A stretch of 64,000 bases of DNA from Saprolegnia diclina VS20 (GCF_000281045.1 NW_008246118.1:253850-317849), one strand, 5' to 3'. Positions 48,368 to 63,104 are shown, numbered from the stretch's first letter. Made by a program: numbers and translations. The notes: a model not told the origin generated them from the letters alone.

Positions 48368-50343
48368 ATGGCGGCCTGCGTCGTGCACGAAGGCTACCTC
48401 CACAAGCAGGTACGCGCTCGCCTGTATGCCTCCTACTCAGCGCCTGTCCAGAGCCAGCACTTGAAGCTATGGAAGATTCGGTACTTCGTGCTGACGACGG
48501 TACGAAGCGACGCAGCATGAGCATGCGCCTCACACGACAGCGTAGACGGCGCTGCTCTACAGTAAAAAGTCGGGGCGCAAGCCCAAGGCTACGTACGCTC
48601 TCCAGCACCTCGACGTCGTACGGCCCTCTCTTGTCGGAGGCATGCGCTCACGGCGGCGCGTAGCTCACGGACCAGAACCTCGTTGTCCACGACCACAACT
48701 TTGTGCTCGAGATCCGGTACGAGAAGCTGCGGCTCTACGTGAGCGCGCCGACCGACGCCGACCGCGCCAAGTGGGTCCATCTCATCAAGAGCTGCAAGGA
48801 CCAGTGTACGCGTGCGGTCCTATCTTGCGTTGCGTTTGAACCTACGAGTAGTGAGCGTCGGCGCCGACACGACGAGCGAGGCGTCGCTCAACATGGTCGA
48901 GCGCAAGCCAAGCGAGTCCGAGCTGCTCTCGGTGCGCAGCGGCATCTCCGAGTCGCTTCGCCGGCGCTTCCTCGCGTCGACGACCAAGGAGCGGCGTGAC
49001 GAGCGCAAGGCGGCGCGGCTCCCGAAGCTCAAGACGTCGTTCACCGAGGCGTGGCTGCACGACGTCTTGCCGCACTGGGGCGACGCCAAGCACCAAAAGC
49101 CCATGGATTTTGTCCGAGGCCTCTGCTTTGCGGGGATTCCGAAGGAAGTGCGCGGCCGTGCGTGGGCCGCGCTCCTCGGCAACAAGCTGCAGATCAACGA
49201 GCAGCTCTTCGAGATCTGCAAGACGCGCGCCAAGGCTGTGCTTCTCGACGTCGCGGCCGCAAAAGCCAAAGACACGCGTCCGAACCGCCCGTCACTGACG
49301 ATCGACACGTCGGGACTTGACGGCGGCTTCGTGGTGGTGACATCGCCGCAGCACGCCAAGTCGACGCTCACCGAGGCGCTCATCGCCGACAACGAGCGCA
49401 ACATCAAGCTCGTCAAGCTCGACATGCCGCGGACGTTCGGGAGCCACCCGCAGTTCCAAGCCGGCGCCGTCGGAGCGCAAAAGACGTACGAAGTCCTCGA
49501 AGCGTACACGTGCTACCGCCCCGACCTCGGCTACGTGCAAGGTACGACGACTGGCGGGATTCGAGTTGCGATATATTGGCGCAGGCATGAGCTACTTGGC
49601 CGCGATTCTGTGTCTTCATATGGACAGCTTCTCGGCCTTCAAGGCCATGGTATCGCTCCTCAGCACGCGCTTGCTTTTTGACATGTACCGCCTCGAAGAA
49701 GACCGCGTACATCATGTCCCCGGCGGTTGATACTGTCTTGATACTTTGCGCTAGACGCTGCACTACCTCCGCGTCTACGACACGATTCTGCAGCACGAAC
49801 TGCCGGCGCTCCACGCGTACTTTGAGGAGATCGGCATGGACGCCAAGATGTACGTCGTCGACTGGTACGTCCTCCTCGTTGTCCAAGGACGACGCATGCG
49901 AGGATGTATGCTAGGGCTTTTACGCTCTTCACGCGCTGCGTGCCCCTGGACGTCGTGCTGCGGATATGGGACGTCTACATCTTGGTCGGCACGCCCTTCT
50001 TCTTCCAAGCCTGCATGGGTACATGCTCCGGCGCTACTTGGCTAGAGACAATGGAGCTCTTGCGTAGCGATTTTGATCTTGTACGAAGAGCACTTGCTCA
50101 CGCTCGACCTTGGCGACGCCATGCGCTTCCTCCACGACATTCCCAAGGTGCAGTTCTCGAACGTGCATGGCGTCATGGTATGCGTAGAGCACGAGCCCGA
50201 GCAGCTTTTTCGACGCACTCGACGCCGTCAACCTCTCGTGCAGCGCGATCGATGGCCTCCTCGCCGGCGGCGACGTGCGCCCGTGGTCGCCTGTGGGCCG
50301 CCGCCCCGTCTCGGTCGAGTTTCCCGACGCGTACGAGTACTAA
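48368..50343 (+). CDS. PH domain plus TBC (Rab-GAP) domain protein; multi-exon
   Basis: HEGYLHKQ-..LKLWKIRYFVLT (PH), GIPKEVRGRAW, LVKLDMPRT (Arg finger), GYVQGM (Gln finger) and VLRIWD. Confidence 0.88.
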
Positions 50344-50407
50344 GATGTAATCAAGAGGGCGAAATAGTATAGACACGGTAGAATCCCAAGAGCTTGGGCG
50401 GCCTCGT

Positions 50408-51960
50408 TTACGCGTAGTACTGCAGCGTCGCCTTCTTCTTGGCCGACACGACGCCAATGCCCTCCATAAAGTCTTCGTGCTACATGCGCATGAGACGAGG
50501 ACGATAGAGGGTCCGAGTGTACCTTGATGATCGTGGCCTCCCGACGCAGCGCAAGCATACCAGCCTCGACGCACACCTACCACCATGTGTGAGACCCAAT
50601 CCGGTGGCGGGCAGGAGGCGTACCGCCTTGAGCTGTGCGCCGTTAAAGTCGTCCGTACAGCGCGCGAGCTCGTCAAAGTTGACGTCGTCCGTGTCGACGT
50701 TCATCTTGCGCGAATGGATCTGGAGAATGCGCGCACGGGCTTCTTCTGTCGGGTGGGGCAGTTCGATCTACGGGCAAATAGGTCATGCGTACCCAAGGTG
50801 CTAAGTGCAATGTACCTTGCGGTCCAAACGACCCGAACGCAGGAGCGCCGGGTCGAGCACGTCCGGTCGGTTCGTGGCAGCAATGACCTTGATCTTCGTG
50901 TTGCTCGTAAAACCGTCGAGCTGGTTCAAGAGCTCGAGCATCGTGCGCTGGACTTCGCGGTCGCCTGACTGCTCGCCACCAAAACGCTTTGTACCAATGG
51001 CGTCCAACTACACACCGTCATGAGCTCCATGCTCCTTCAACCTGGTGCGATGCATGTACCTCATCGATGAAGATGATGGCGCCGCCCTTGTCCTTGTCTT
51101 TGCACTTCTCCTTTGCAAGCTCAAAGGCGTCGCGGACGAGCTATATGTTGGCCATGGTTCGACGATGCTGTACATACAATGCATCGTACCTTGGCGCCGT
51201 CACCGATAAACATCTGGACGAGCTGCGGGGCCGCGAGCTTGAGGAAAATGGCATCCGTCTGCTTGGCACAAGCACGCGCGAGCAGCGTCTTGCCTGTACC
51301 CGGCGGGCCATGGAGCAAGACGCCCTTGGGCGGCGTGATGCCGATGGCTTCGAAGCGCTCCTTGTGCGTCATGGGCAGCACAACGGCTTCGACGAGCTCT
51401 TGGATCTGCTTGTCGAGGCCACCAATGTCGCTGTAGTCTTCCGTGGGCTTTTCGTCGACCTCCATGGCCTTGACGCGCGAGTCGTACTCGGCGGGCAGCT
51501 TCTCCAAGATGAGGTAGCTGTCCTTGTTGGTGCCCACGAGGTCGTTGGGCACGAGCTTCTCCGTGTCGACCAGGCCCGGGATGCTCAAAAAGATGGTTTG
51601 GCGCGTCGACGTCTTGATGACCGCGCTCTTACCCTTGCGCGCCGCGTCCGTGTCGGTGGCCGCGCCATCCTGCTCGTCGTCCTCGTTCTCCATCTCGAGG
51701 ATCTCGACGACGTTGCCGACGAGGTACGGCAGTTGCTTGTTGAGCTTGACCTTCTCGTTGTTCTCCTTGATGCGCTCGCGCTGGCTCGAGCTCTCGTGGT
51801 TGATGCGCGTGATGTCGGAGCGCATGATGCGGATCTCGTTGTCGAGGAGGCGGATGCGCTGCTTGAGCTCGTCGTTGGTCATGCCCAGGATCTCGGGCTC
51901 GATCTCGCCCCAGATGTCGCCTCCTTCGAGGCCCATCGACTCGTTCCCGCTGCTGCTCAT
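50408..51960 (-). CDS. RPT5: 26S proteasome AAA-ATPase subunit RPT5 (PSMC3); multi-exon
   Basis: [63 protein letters not shown] and a C-terminal LQYYA tail. Confidence 0.95.
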
Positions 51961-52084
51961 GCTGCTTCCTGCTTCCGCCAGCCGCAAATGAACCTTCACC
52001 CCTTGTTTCCGTAGATCCGAAAACGCAACGTCGACTCGGTACAAGCACTTTGCGATAGAAGAACACACTATATGCACGCAACTT

Positions 52085-53314
52085 TTACGCGTCGCTGTGC
52101 TGGTTGTCTTCGTCCGCGACTTCGGCGATGCGCGCGAGCGAGAGCGCGGCCTGCACCTACCGACACGCATTTTACAATTTATATAGTCAGTGATTATGTA
52201 CAAGTATACCGTGTGGATCGCGGCCTTGAAGCTCCGCCGGGCGTTGAATTGGCGCAGCTCGGCCTTGGCGTTCACCAGCGGCGTCGTTGCCACCTACGCA
52301 ATCCGTGTCCAAGTACGGTAGGGGTAAAGCGGCGATGTACGCTCGAGGCAGTCACCCAAGCGTCCTGAAGCAGCGCGTCGGCCGTGGGGCTACATGCACT
52401 CCATCAACCCGAGAGCTGTAGAAGTCTTGTACCGCTGCTGGGGGTCGACCACGAGCGCACGGGCAACGAACGCTTGCGCCGACGGCGAGACAGCGGCCCA
52501 GTCAGCGTCGTTGAAGCTAAAGTCGCCCTTGCTGATCTCCTTGTAGAGGTTCCACTCGGTGTGGTTGTAGAAGGGCAAGTAGCCGCAGAGAATCGTATAC
52601 GCAATGACGCCGACCGCCCAGACGTCAATAGCTTTCGTGTAGATCGCAGTCTCGTACGAGATGAGACTCTTGGCGACCTCGGGCGCGATGAACGTCGGGA
52701 GGCCGCACGGCACGGAGAAGGTGTCGACGCCCTCTTCCTGGGCCAAGCCAAACGACGTGAGCTTGAGCGTCGCGTCTCTGGCTTTGCTCGTGAAGAGCAC
52801 GTTCTGCGGGCTTAAATCGCAGTGCGCGATGCCGTGCGCGTGGCAGTGGGCCACGGCTTCGAGGAGCGTCTTGATCACGTCGCGCGCCTCCTTCTCCGTG
52901 TAGATCTCCTAGTGTCAGCAATAGGCTAAAGATTCGACGATGATGCGGATGCACCTTCTTGACGATGCGCTCAAAGAGGTCGTCGCCCTCGATGAGGTCC
53001 GTGACCACGTACACTTCGTACGTGTCGTAGAGGAAGTCGTGGAGGCCAAAGACGTTGGCGTGGCCCGCGAGCTTGCGCAAGACCGAGGTTTCCTTCCGGA
53101 GCTCCTTCATGTCGGCCTTGGAGAGCTTTGTCCGGTCAAAGCGCTTGACCATGACGACCTTGCCCGAGCTGCGCTCGGTGGCGCGTCGCACGGCGGACGA
53201 GCGGCCCGGCACGACGTCGCCCATCTCGTACTTGGCGGCGAAGGCCAAGTCGGCGCGCGGAAGGTCCTTGACGGCCACGCCGGCACGCTGCTCGCCATCG
53301 CCAGCTGCGCTCAT
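52085..53314 (-). CDS. CaMK1-like probable pseudokinase; multi-exon
   Basis: CaMK fold with degenerate G-loop (VVPGRSSAV), HCDLSPQN and LTSFGLA (DFG to SFG). C-terminal [13 protein letters not shown] is retained. Confidence 0.8.
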
Positions 53315-54163
53315 CGTGCCCAACAGGGTGGTGTCTCCTCGAATTATGCCACATTGCCCATTTGCAAACCACCGACAGCATCTCATTGGCGGTATTTTAG
53401 CCAATCGTGCGTCGCCGGTTGAGACAACCCCGTCGTCCGAGTGATTTGGATGGAACCCGTGCGGATGGTACAATGTGCCTTTCATAAATCACGAATCGAG
53501 CTGCGAAGAGGACATTGTACACGTTAACGCAGACGGCAAGGGTCCGAACGGGGTAGACGTCGTACTCTCGTCTCTATATATCTGGAACTCGGATTACATC
53601 TTTACGGCTGACGTACACTGTACGTTGGCCAAATACAATTATGTATCCTAGCCCATCGAGCAGCTTACATGACAAGCTTATCTTGGGTCCAAGCAGGTGC
53701 GAAGTGGTTTGAACCTGCGCGTTGAGATTCTGCAAAGCGATTGAAGCATCAAACCAGATATCCCTTGGGTCGTGAGATACACTGTACTCTTGTAGCTAGT
53801 GTACATGTTCTGGGAAGGACCGCTTGTCCTTATGGCTCGGCTCTTCTCGAGCTCGCGGACCCCAGTCCCTAAATTCCCTAGTGTTTCGCTGAATCATTAT
53901 AAACAATCAAGCGAGGTACTAGGATAGGGTAGTAGCGCACAGAGACAACCCGAAACGCTTTTGTACTGCTGGTTGAGAGGACGGTGTCGAGTGGTGGGCA
54001 CACTGACGTGTCAGGGTTGCGCGACGTGCACCACGCCCGCGAGAAAAGTATCTTTCTTGGCCTTGGATTGGTCAAATTTCGTTTGTTTCAACCAATCCGA
54101 TAAGAACATTCCATTGTGCCAAGCCGCATACAAATCTCAACTTGCAAAATCCACGGAGCGACG

Positions 54164-57100
54164 ATGATGATGGACGAGTACATCATCGGGCGACTGCTCT
54201 ACGAGGAGCCGCATGGAGCGGTGCATAAGGTCCTCCATCGTCCGCAAGGAAGGTTCTTCTCCATGAGGGTCCTCGACAAGGAGCGCATGAGCTTCGAGGA
54301 CGAGATCGACATGCAGAACGAGCTCGAGGTGCTCAAGGTCCTGCACCATCCGCACATCCTCAACGTCCACGCCATCTTCGCCGAGGGCAGCCAGCTCTAC
54401 ATCGTCTGCGACCTCGTCGAAGGCGGCGATGTCTTTGATCGGCTTGTCGCCAAGGTCTGCTGGCGCCTGCACGGCCTCGCCTCATGCATCGTCTGCTAGG
54501 AGAGCTATTCGGAGCGCGAAGCCCGCGACTTGATCAAGACGCTGCTGGAAACCATCGCGTACTGTCATGACCAAGGCGTGGTGCATCGCAACCTCAAGGT
54601 ACAGCCACCTGCAAATCATCCTAGGCTTCAGACAGTACATGCAGCCCGAGAGCATCAAGCTCACGAGCGTCCACGACAACACGAACATCAAGCTCACCGA
54701 CTTTAGCTTTGCCGCATCGGCGCACGAAGAGCACACGAGCATCTGCGGGGCGCCTGAGTACGCACCATGTACCTGGCGTTCGTCGACTCATGCGAAATGG
54801 TAGCTACGTCGCGCCCGAGATCCTCGCCAACGGCTCTTCGCACTCTCCTTACGGCGCACCCGTCGATGTGTGGGCCATTGGCGTCGTGACGTACGTGCTT
54901 CTCTCAGGCTTCCTACCGTTCTACGGCGACGACCAAGACGCGATCTTTGCGAGCATCACCGCCGGGCAGTTTGAGTTTGACGGCAGCGACTGGGCCTCTA
55001 TCTCGGCGATGGCCAAGGACTGCATCACGCAAATGCTCATTCACGATCCAAAGCAGCGCCCGACGGCCCGCGAGCTTCTTTCCCATCCCTGGATGACAAG
55101 CACTCAGGTCGACAGACTCTCACATTTCACTGCTTGACGCGTGTTGCAGGTCGCGTCCAAGCCCCTACGCGGTGCCCAGGAAGAGCTTCGCCGCCTCAAT
55201 CTGCAGCGGAAATTCCGCGCTGCCGTGTTGACCGTCACGGCCACGGTCGCCCTCCAACGCGCGTTCTGCGCGGCTCCCGTCGCTCCAGTGCGACCTACGC
55301 TGCGGCGGCAGGGCTCTGTCGCTGTCCCGTATGTGGTCGAGCCCGAGTGTGCGAGTGCTGCCCTCCTCAAGAACTACGCCATCAGCCCCAATGTGCTCAG
55401 CGAGGGCAAGGCGCTGGTCGTCCGCGAGGCCGTCGAAGTCGCGACCGGCGATCGCTACGCCGTCAAGTTTTATGAGAAAGACCTCATGACGTTCGAGGAC
55501 GAGATCGACTTGAACCGCCAAGTGTCGGTGCTGCAGAGCATCGCGCACAAGAACGTCGAGCGTCTCCATCACTTCTACGCTGAGAGCGACCACTACTGCC
55601 TCGTCACCGACCTCCCAGCGGGTGGCGACCTCTTTGAGCGCATCGTCGCCAAGGTACGATGATTATGCTCCATTGTTGTCACTCGACATCATGGCGCTAG
55701 GACAATGGGTACTCGGAACGTGACGCGCGCGCGTTGCTGCGAGAGCTCTTGAGCGGCGTCGCCCACCTCCATGCGAAAGGTGTAGTCCACCGCAACATCA
55801 AGGTACCGTCACTGAGACAAAGCACTTGCGCAGTCGTGTGGCTGTAGCCCGAAAGCATCTTTTTGCGGTCGCCAGACGACGATATCGCCATGGTACTGAC
55901 CAACTTTGGCCTCGCGACGCACGACGATGGGCGATTGACATGCGTCTGCGGCTCGTTGGAGTACGTGCTTTCGCTGTGAGAGTCGAGTTGGATCACAAAA
56001 TCGACTAGCTACACGGCCCCCGAGGTCCTTGCCAACCGCCGACGCGCCACGCCCTACGGACCCCCCGTCGACATTTGGTCCATTGGCGTCCTCACGTACG
56101 TTCTCTTGAGCGGGTACCTTCCGTTCTATGGCAACGACCCGCCGAGTCTCGAAGCCTCCATCTCGCGCGGGACCTTTGTGTTTGACTCGCCGTACTGGGA
56201 CGGAGTCACGGACGACGCCAAACGCATCATTTCGGCCATGCTCGTCGCCGACCCTGCCCACCGGTACCTTCTACCGTAGCTTCATACCTAACACCCGCGA
56301 CCAGGGCCACGGCAGCGCAACTGCTCCAACACCCATGGTTCCACGCCGACCACGTACCACGTCCGAACCCACGACTTGAAATGGACTGGGATACGTAGGT
56401 TGCCGCGACGCCGTTGACAGCGGCCAAGGACGAGCTGCGCCGCGTTCTGCTCAAGCGCAAGTTCCGCTGCGTCGTGCGGACGGTCAAGGCCGCAATGACG
56501 CTCGCGCGTCTCGCCAAAGCGTCATCGTCGACGACGACGACGAGCGCCAGCTTCCACGCCAAGTACGTCCTCCATGAGCGCATCGGCCATGACGGCGTGG
56601 GCGTCCTCCACCGCGCTGCAACGATCGAGTCGTCGTCGCCCGTCCACGTCGTTCATTACGATACAAGTCGCCTCTCGGCCGATGCTATCGCGGGTGTCAC
56701 GCGCGAAGTCGAATTGCTTCGGCGCCTCGACCACCCGCACACGATCAAGGTGCTCGACTACTTCGACGCCGAGCCCGACGGCCTCTACCTCGTGCTCACG
56801 GCGGCGACCGGTGACCAGCTCTTTGACCGCATCGTCGACAAGGTACTCGCACTACAGTAGCAGCAGAAGTCGCACGGAGAGTAGGACTGCTACTCGGAGG
56901 CAGAAGCGCGCGCGCTGGTCAAGGTGCTGTTGCATGCTGTTCAGCACTGCCACCAAGCGGGCGTTGTGCACTCGAATCTCAAGGTACAGGCGTCTTTTGA
57001 GATTGAGATACGACTTGCGTGTAGCCCGAAACAATTGTGCTCACCAAACCCGACGACGATACGTGGCTTGTGCTCACTCGGTTTGGCCGGCCGCACGGCC

Positions 57101-57707
57101 GCGCCCTCGAGTAAGTCTTCTTCTCGATGGACGAGAACGACGCTTGACGAGTAAGAGTAGGTACGTGGCACCCGAGTCTCTCTTGCGCGTCATGCAACGC
57201 GACGGCGACGGCAAGTGCTTTGAGGAGGCGCCGGTCGACATTTGGAGCATCGGCATCGTTGCCTACGTCTTGCTCTGTGGCTACCTCCCCTTTCACGGCG
57301 CCAACCAGTTTCACCTCTTCAAGGCCATCAAACGCGGCAAGGTTCTCTTCGACGCGCCGTACTGGAGCGCCGTCTCGATGGACGCTATGACCTTCATTTC
57401 CGCCGCACTCGTCGTCGATCCTGCCAGGCGGTGCGCTACCCTTCCAAAAATGCTGATGTCATCCACATGCGTAGGGCAACCATCGACGACTTGCTGGCGC
57501 ACCCGTGGATGTGTGTACCGCAGGTGCCAACGACGTCGCTCGACATTGGCTCGGAGCTGCGCCGGCTCCAAGCTCGTCGCAAGCTCAAAGGCGTCATGTC
57601 GGCGGTCTGCCCTCTCTTGGGTGTGAGGTTTCTCAGCGGGTCTGTAGGTCAAGACGTCGGTCGTGCTCGGCCGGCTCTTCAGCTCCAAGCCCGTGGCGTC
57701 TGCATAA
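54164..57707 (+). CDS. Protein with three tandem CaMK1-like pseudokinase domains; multi-exon
   Basis: Three kinase folds joined in frame: the linkers lie within open exons 55151-55653 and about 56399-56841. Catalytic loops are HRNLK, HRNIK and HSNLK, each domain followed by an ELRR...RK(F/L)(R/K) segment. Confidence 0.8.
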
Positions 57708-57746
57708 GAGAGCAACGACTCGAAACAAACATCGCAATAGCATTGG

Positions 57747-59384
<1,638 letters not shown>

Positions 59385-59421
59385 CGTGCTCTGGCATAAA
59401 TTCGAGGATGGCAGAGCGGTC

Positions 59422-59436
59422 TCTGATTGGCCAAAA
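59422..59436 (-). promoter_or_regulatory. CCAAT box upstream of the CaMK gene starting at 59384
   Basis: TCTGATTGGCCAAAA about 40 nt upstream of the ATG; the same extended motif recurs at other gene starts. Confidence 0.6.
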
Positions 59437-59876
59437 ATAATCATATTGTCCTACAGTACTACAGTGCAGTGGGAGGATATTGAAACTCCGAGCGACCGAC
59501 GCTCGTGCGAGGCGTCGACGCGGCCAGAGCTCATCCAAGAAAGCACTTCATGCTTATGGTAGATACTTCTGCGTCTGCTGGACAGAGGGTTCAGACGCTC
59601 GGCTCGCGCGACGGTGGAAATACTGTAAAATTCAGCTGCGATTTTCACACATTTTTTCCAAATTGAAGCATGTGCCATGTGACGTGGGCTCGACCGGCGG
59701 TGTTAATACTGTAAAGAAGTAAAAGGCGGAAGAACAAGGTGCGGCAAGGCGGGAGGCAGCGGCAACGGTGCTTGGGGCGAGCGCAAGCTACTCGGTGGCG
59801 CTGGCATCCTTGGTCATGATACTAATTCTCGCAAAGAGTTGCGTGTCGCCAGTGTCGACACAAGATACGCGCCTGT

Positions 59877-59972
59877 GATTGGGTATGTGGTACCGGATCG
59901 GCGTCGGTGATTGGCCGACGTCTTGGATTGTGGCGTCGTGGGATGGAAAAACGCGCGCTGATTGGCTAAAAA
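59877..59972. promoter_or_regulatory. Three direct GATTGG (CCAAT) boxes followed by an AT-rich tract, upstream of the CaMK gene at 60120
   Basis: ATTGG at 59878, 59910 and 59961; AT-rich stretch about 59995-60040. Confidence 0.55.
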
Positions 59973-60119
59973 GCCCAAACAATCCACTACGACCATAAAA
60001 TAAAATATTACATACAAATAAAAAGATATTATATTACAATCGCGCTCATTGACAGTGTATTGGATTCCATACAGGGAAGGATAAAGCCACCACACTGCTA
60101 TTTGCACGACGAAGAGACC

Positions 60120-61424
60120 ATGGGCGGAAGCAACTCGAAGCTGTGCTGCTGTGGCCGCGGCCCGCGCCCTGCCGAGGACGAGGGCCATGCTGAGCCCAAG
60201 TCCCGCGACGTGCATGAGGCCACGGCCGCCGTCGACGGCCCGCTCGAGGACAGCGACAATCTCTCGACGCCGCCGCAGAGTCCGCGCGTCGACGACGAGT
60301 CGCTCTCGCCGGCGATCCAGTCGCGCCCGTCGCTCGTCTCGTCGCACCACTTTGCCGACATTTACGCCCTCGACGTCGACCAGAAGCTCGGCGAAGGTGC
60401 GACCGCTGTCGTATACGTGGCCACGAACAAGCGCAATGGGAAGCGCGTCGCGGTGAAGTGCTTTGAGAAGGCCAAGATGGCGCAGAACGAGATCCGCGAC
60501 CTCTTCATGGAGGTGGGCATCCTCAAGCTCATGAAGCACAAGAACGTGCTGCAGCTGCACGACTTTTTCGAAGAGCCCTCGCACTTCTTCATCGTCACGG
60601 ACCTCCTCGAGGGCGGCGAGCTCTTTGACCGGATCGTCGAGAAGGAGTTCTACTCGGAGAAGGAGGCGCGCGACTTGATCAAGACGCTTCTGGACGCGAT
60701 CCAGTACCTCCACGACCTCAACGTTGTCCATCGCGACCTCAAGGTAGTCAACCTCTTCATTCTTCCTCGACGTCTCACATGGTAGTAGCCCGAGAACATT
60801 CTGCTCACGTCGCGTGGCGACGACACGTCCATCAAGATTGCCGACTTTGGCTTTGCCAAGCAGGACTTTGAAGGCAAGCTCACCGACAAGTGCGGGTCGC
60901 CCGAGTACGCTCCTCTGGACCTGTAATATCGGTTGCTCATTCTCGGATGTAGCTACATTGCGCCCGAGATCCTCGCGCGGTCGTTCTACGGCAAGCAGGT
61001 CGACATTTGGTCGGCCGGGATCATCACGTACATCCTCCTCTGCGGCTACCCGCCCTTCTCGGGCAAGAACAACACGGTGCTCTTCAACAACATCAAATCC
61101 GGCCAGTTTGAGTTCGAGTCGCCCTACTGGGACGACGTGTCCAACGAGGCGAAGGCCTTTGTGCGCCGCATGCTCGTGGTCGACCCATCTGCGCGCGCGA
61201 CCGTCGACGAGCTCCTCAACGACGTCTGGATCACGGGCGATGTCTCGGCCACGCCGCTCAACGGCGTCATGGACGAACTGCGCCGCTTCAACGCGCGCCG
61301 CAAGTTCAAGGCCGCCGTCAAGACCGTGCAGGCCACCGTGTCGCTCCTCAACAACGCTCGCGCCCGGTCTGCGTCGACGCCCATGACGCCGCCTGCCCGT
61401 GCCCCCACTGACGTCGTCGTCTAG
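60120..61424 (+). CDS. CaMK1-like kinase, predicted active, N-terminal MGGSNSKLCCC; 3 exons
   Basis: LGEGATAVV, VAVKC, GGELFDRIVEK, HRDLK-PEN, ADFGFAK, TDKCGSP and LRRFNARRKFKAA. Confidence 0.92.
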
Positions 61425-61915
61425 TGTATCTACTTAATCTAGCCCCAGTTTTGGCAATAGAACCTCTTCCAAGCTTCCATCTCGCGGTCCATTCTGTCAT
61501 GTACTCCGCTTCCATGCGTCTGCCACAGCGTTTGCATGCGTCTTCCTGTCAGAAGCATGCGTCCGGCAGTCGTCCATGCACGTGCTGCGCCTACTGCACG
61601 GTGTCACAGTCGAAGAATTCACCGCTGCGTCGGATTGTGGGTCAAGTGTTATAACACTGCCCACTACTGGACTCAACGTACGGCTCTTCCGCGCGGCGAA
61701 TGCTCTGCGATGCTGTCCTTAGCGTATACTGTCGATGCCCGCGTCTAGAAGGAGGCTGGTCGTCTCTTCCGGCAAGGTAGTCGCGACAGCACGTGGCGCG
61801 CAGCTTGCCACCCTTGGTTGTGGGCTGGATATAAATATGTGTTATAACATGGATGCGTCAGAGAGCGTTTACGTGGGATGGTCGAGATCGCAATTTTTCG
61901 TTCGCCTTGAGAGCT

Positions 61916-63104
61916 ATGGGCTGCGGCTTTTCCTGCGTCCGGCGGCCAGCGGGCCTCGGCGACGACGACGGTGACAAGGACGTGACGGACGTGGCCTCCG
62001 AGGTGGCCACGGAGGTCGAGCGCATGGACGACTCGAACGACGACCCGTCGCCGGGCTTCTTCCGCGAGCACTACACGCTCGGCGGCGTCCTCGGCGAAGG
62101 CAGCTACGCGATCGTCAAGAAGGCGCGGTCGCAGGCGACCGGAAAGCTCTGCGCCGTCAAGATCTTCAAGAAGGAGACGCTCTCGGCGCAGGACGACGCC
62201 GACATCCTCTCCGAAGTCCGCATCTTGCGCAAGCTCAACCACCGCAACGTGCTCCGCCTCGTCGACTTTTACTCGGAGCCCAAGTACTACTACCTCGTGA
62301 CCGAGTACGTCGAGGGCGGCGAGCTCTTTGAGCGGATCGCGCTCATGGTACGTTTGCTTGTCTTTGCATGTGGCTGCCTCACGCTACACCGCGACGTAGG
62401 AGTACTACTCGGAGAAGGAGGCGCGCGACTTGGTCAAGACGCTCCTCGAAGCGATCGCGTACTGCCACAGCGTCGGCGTCGTCCACCGCGACCTCAAGCC
62501 CGAGAACATCCTCATGACGTCCAAGGCCGACAACTCGGCCATCAAGATCGCGGACTTTGGCTTTGCCAAGCAGGACACGAACGGCCTCTCGACGACGTGC
62601 GGGTCGCCCGAGTACGTGGCGCCCGAGATCATCTCGCGACCGGACGCGACGTACGGCAAGGCGGTCGACATTTGGTCGATTGGCGTCATCACGTACGTGC
62701 TCCTCGCGGGCTACACGCCCTTCCACGACCCGAACCAGAACATCCTCTTTGACAACATCGTCAACGGCCGCTTCTACTTTTACGATCCGGACTGGAGCGA
62801 GGTGTCGCAGGACGCCAAGGACTTTGTCTCGCGCGCGCTCGAACTCGACCCCAAGGTGCGGCCGACCGCGCTCGACCTGCTCCAGGACCCGTGGATCGTC
62901 GGCCAGAACGTCTCGGCGCGCAACCTTGTCAGCGTCATGGAGAAGCTGCCGGACTTCAACAAGTCCCGGCGCAAGTTCAAGGCCGCGGTAACATGCAAAT
63001 AGCTCCGACTGCCATCTTCTCACGGACCGTTGAAGTAGGTCCAGGCCACGATGCTTGTCAACCACCTACGCGCGCGCGACTCGGACGTATCGAAAGATAT
63101 ATAA
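61916..63104 (+). CDS. CaMK1-like kinase, predicted active, N-terminal MGCGFSC; 3 exons
   Basis: LGEGSYAIV, CAVKI, HRDLKPEN, ADFGFAK, STTCGSPEYVAPE and FNKSRRKFKAA. Confidence 0.92.

Noticed and set aside
51961..52293. Apparent fusion of a CaMK tail to RPT5 in ORF 51121..52293
   Set aside because: The kinase gene splices to its own stop at about 52085 and RPT5 has its own ATG at 51960; the frame is open by chance through the intron and spacer.
53480..54100. Longest non-coding gaps (also about 9600-10500) as possible ncRNA or transposon remnants
   Set aside because: No tRNA/rRNA signature, terminal repeats or transposase-like ORF recognised by eye; structured RNA cannot be excluded without an Rfam scan.
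41366..57010. Recurrent TTGAGA/ATCTCA-type hexamer runs in several introns (about 41370, 41500, 43130, 46390, 57000)
   Set aside because: Short microsatellite-like runs in both orientations; significance cannot be shown without genome-wide counts.
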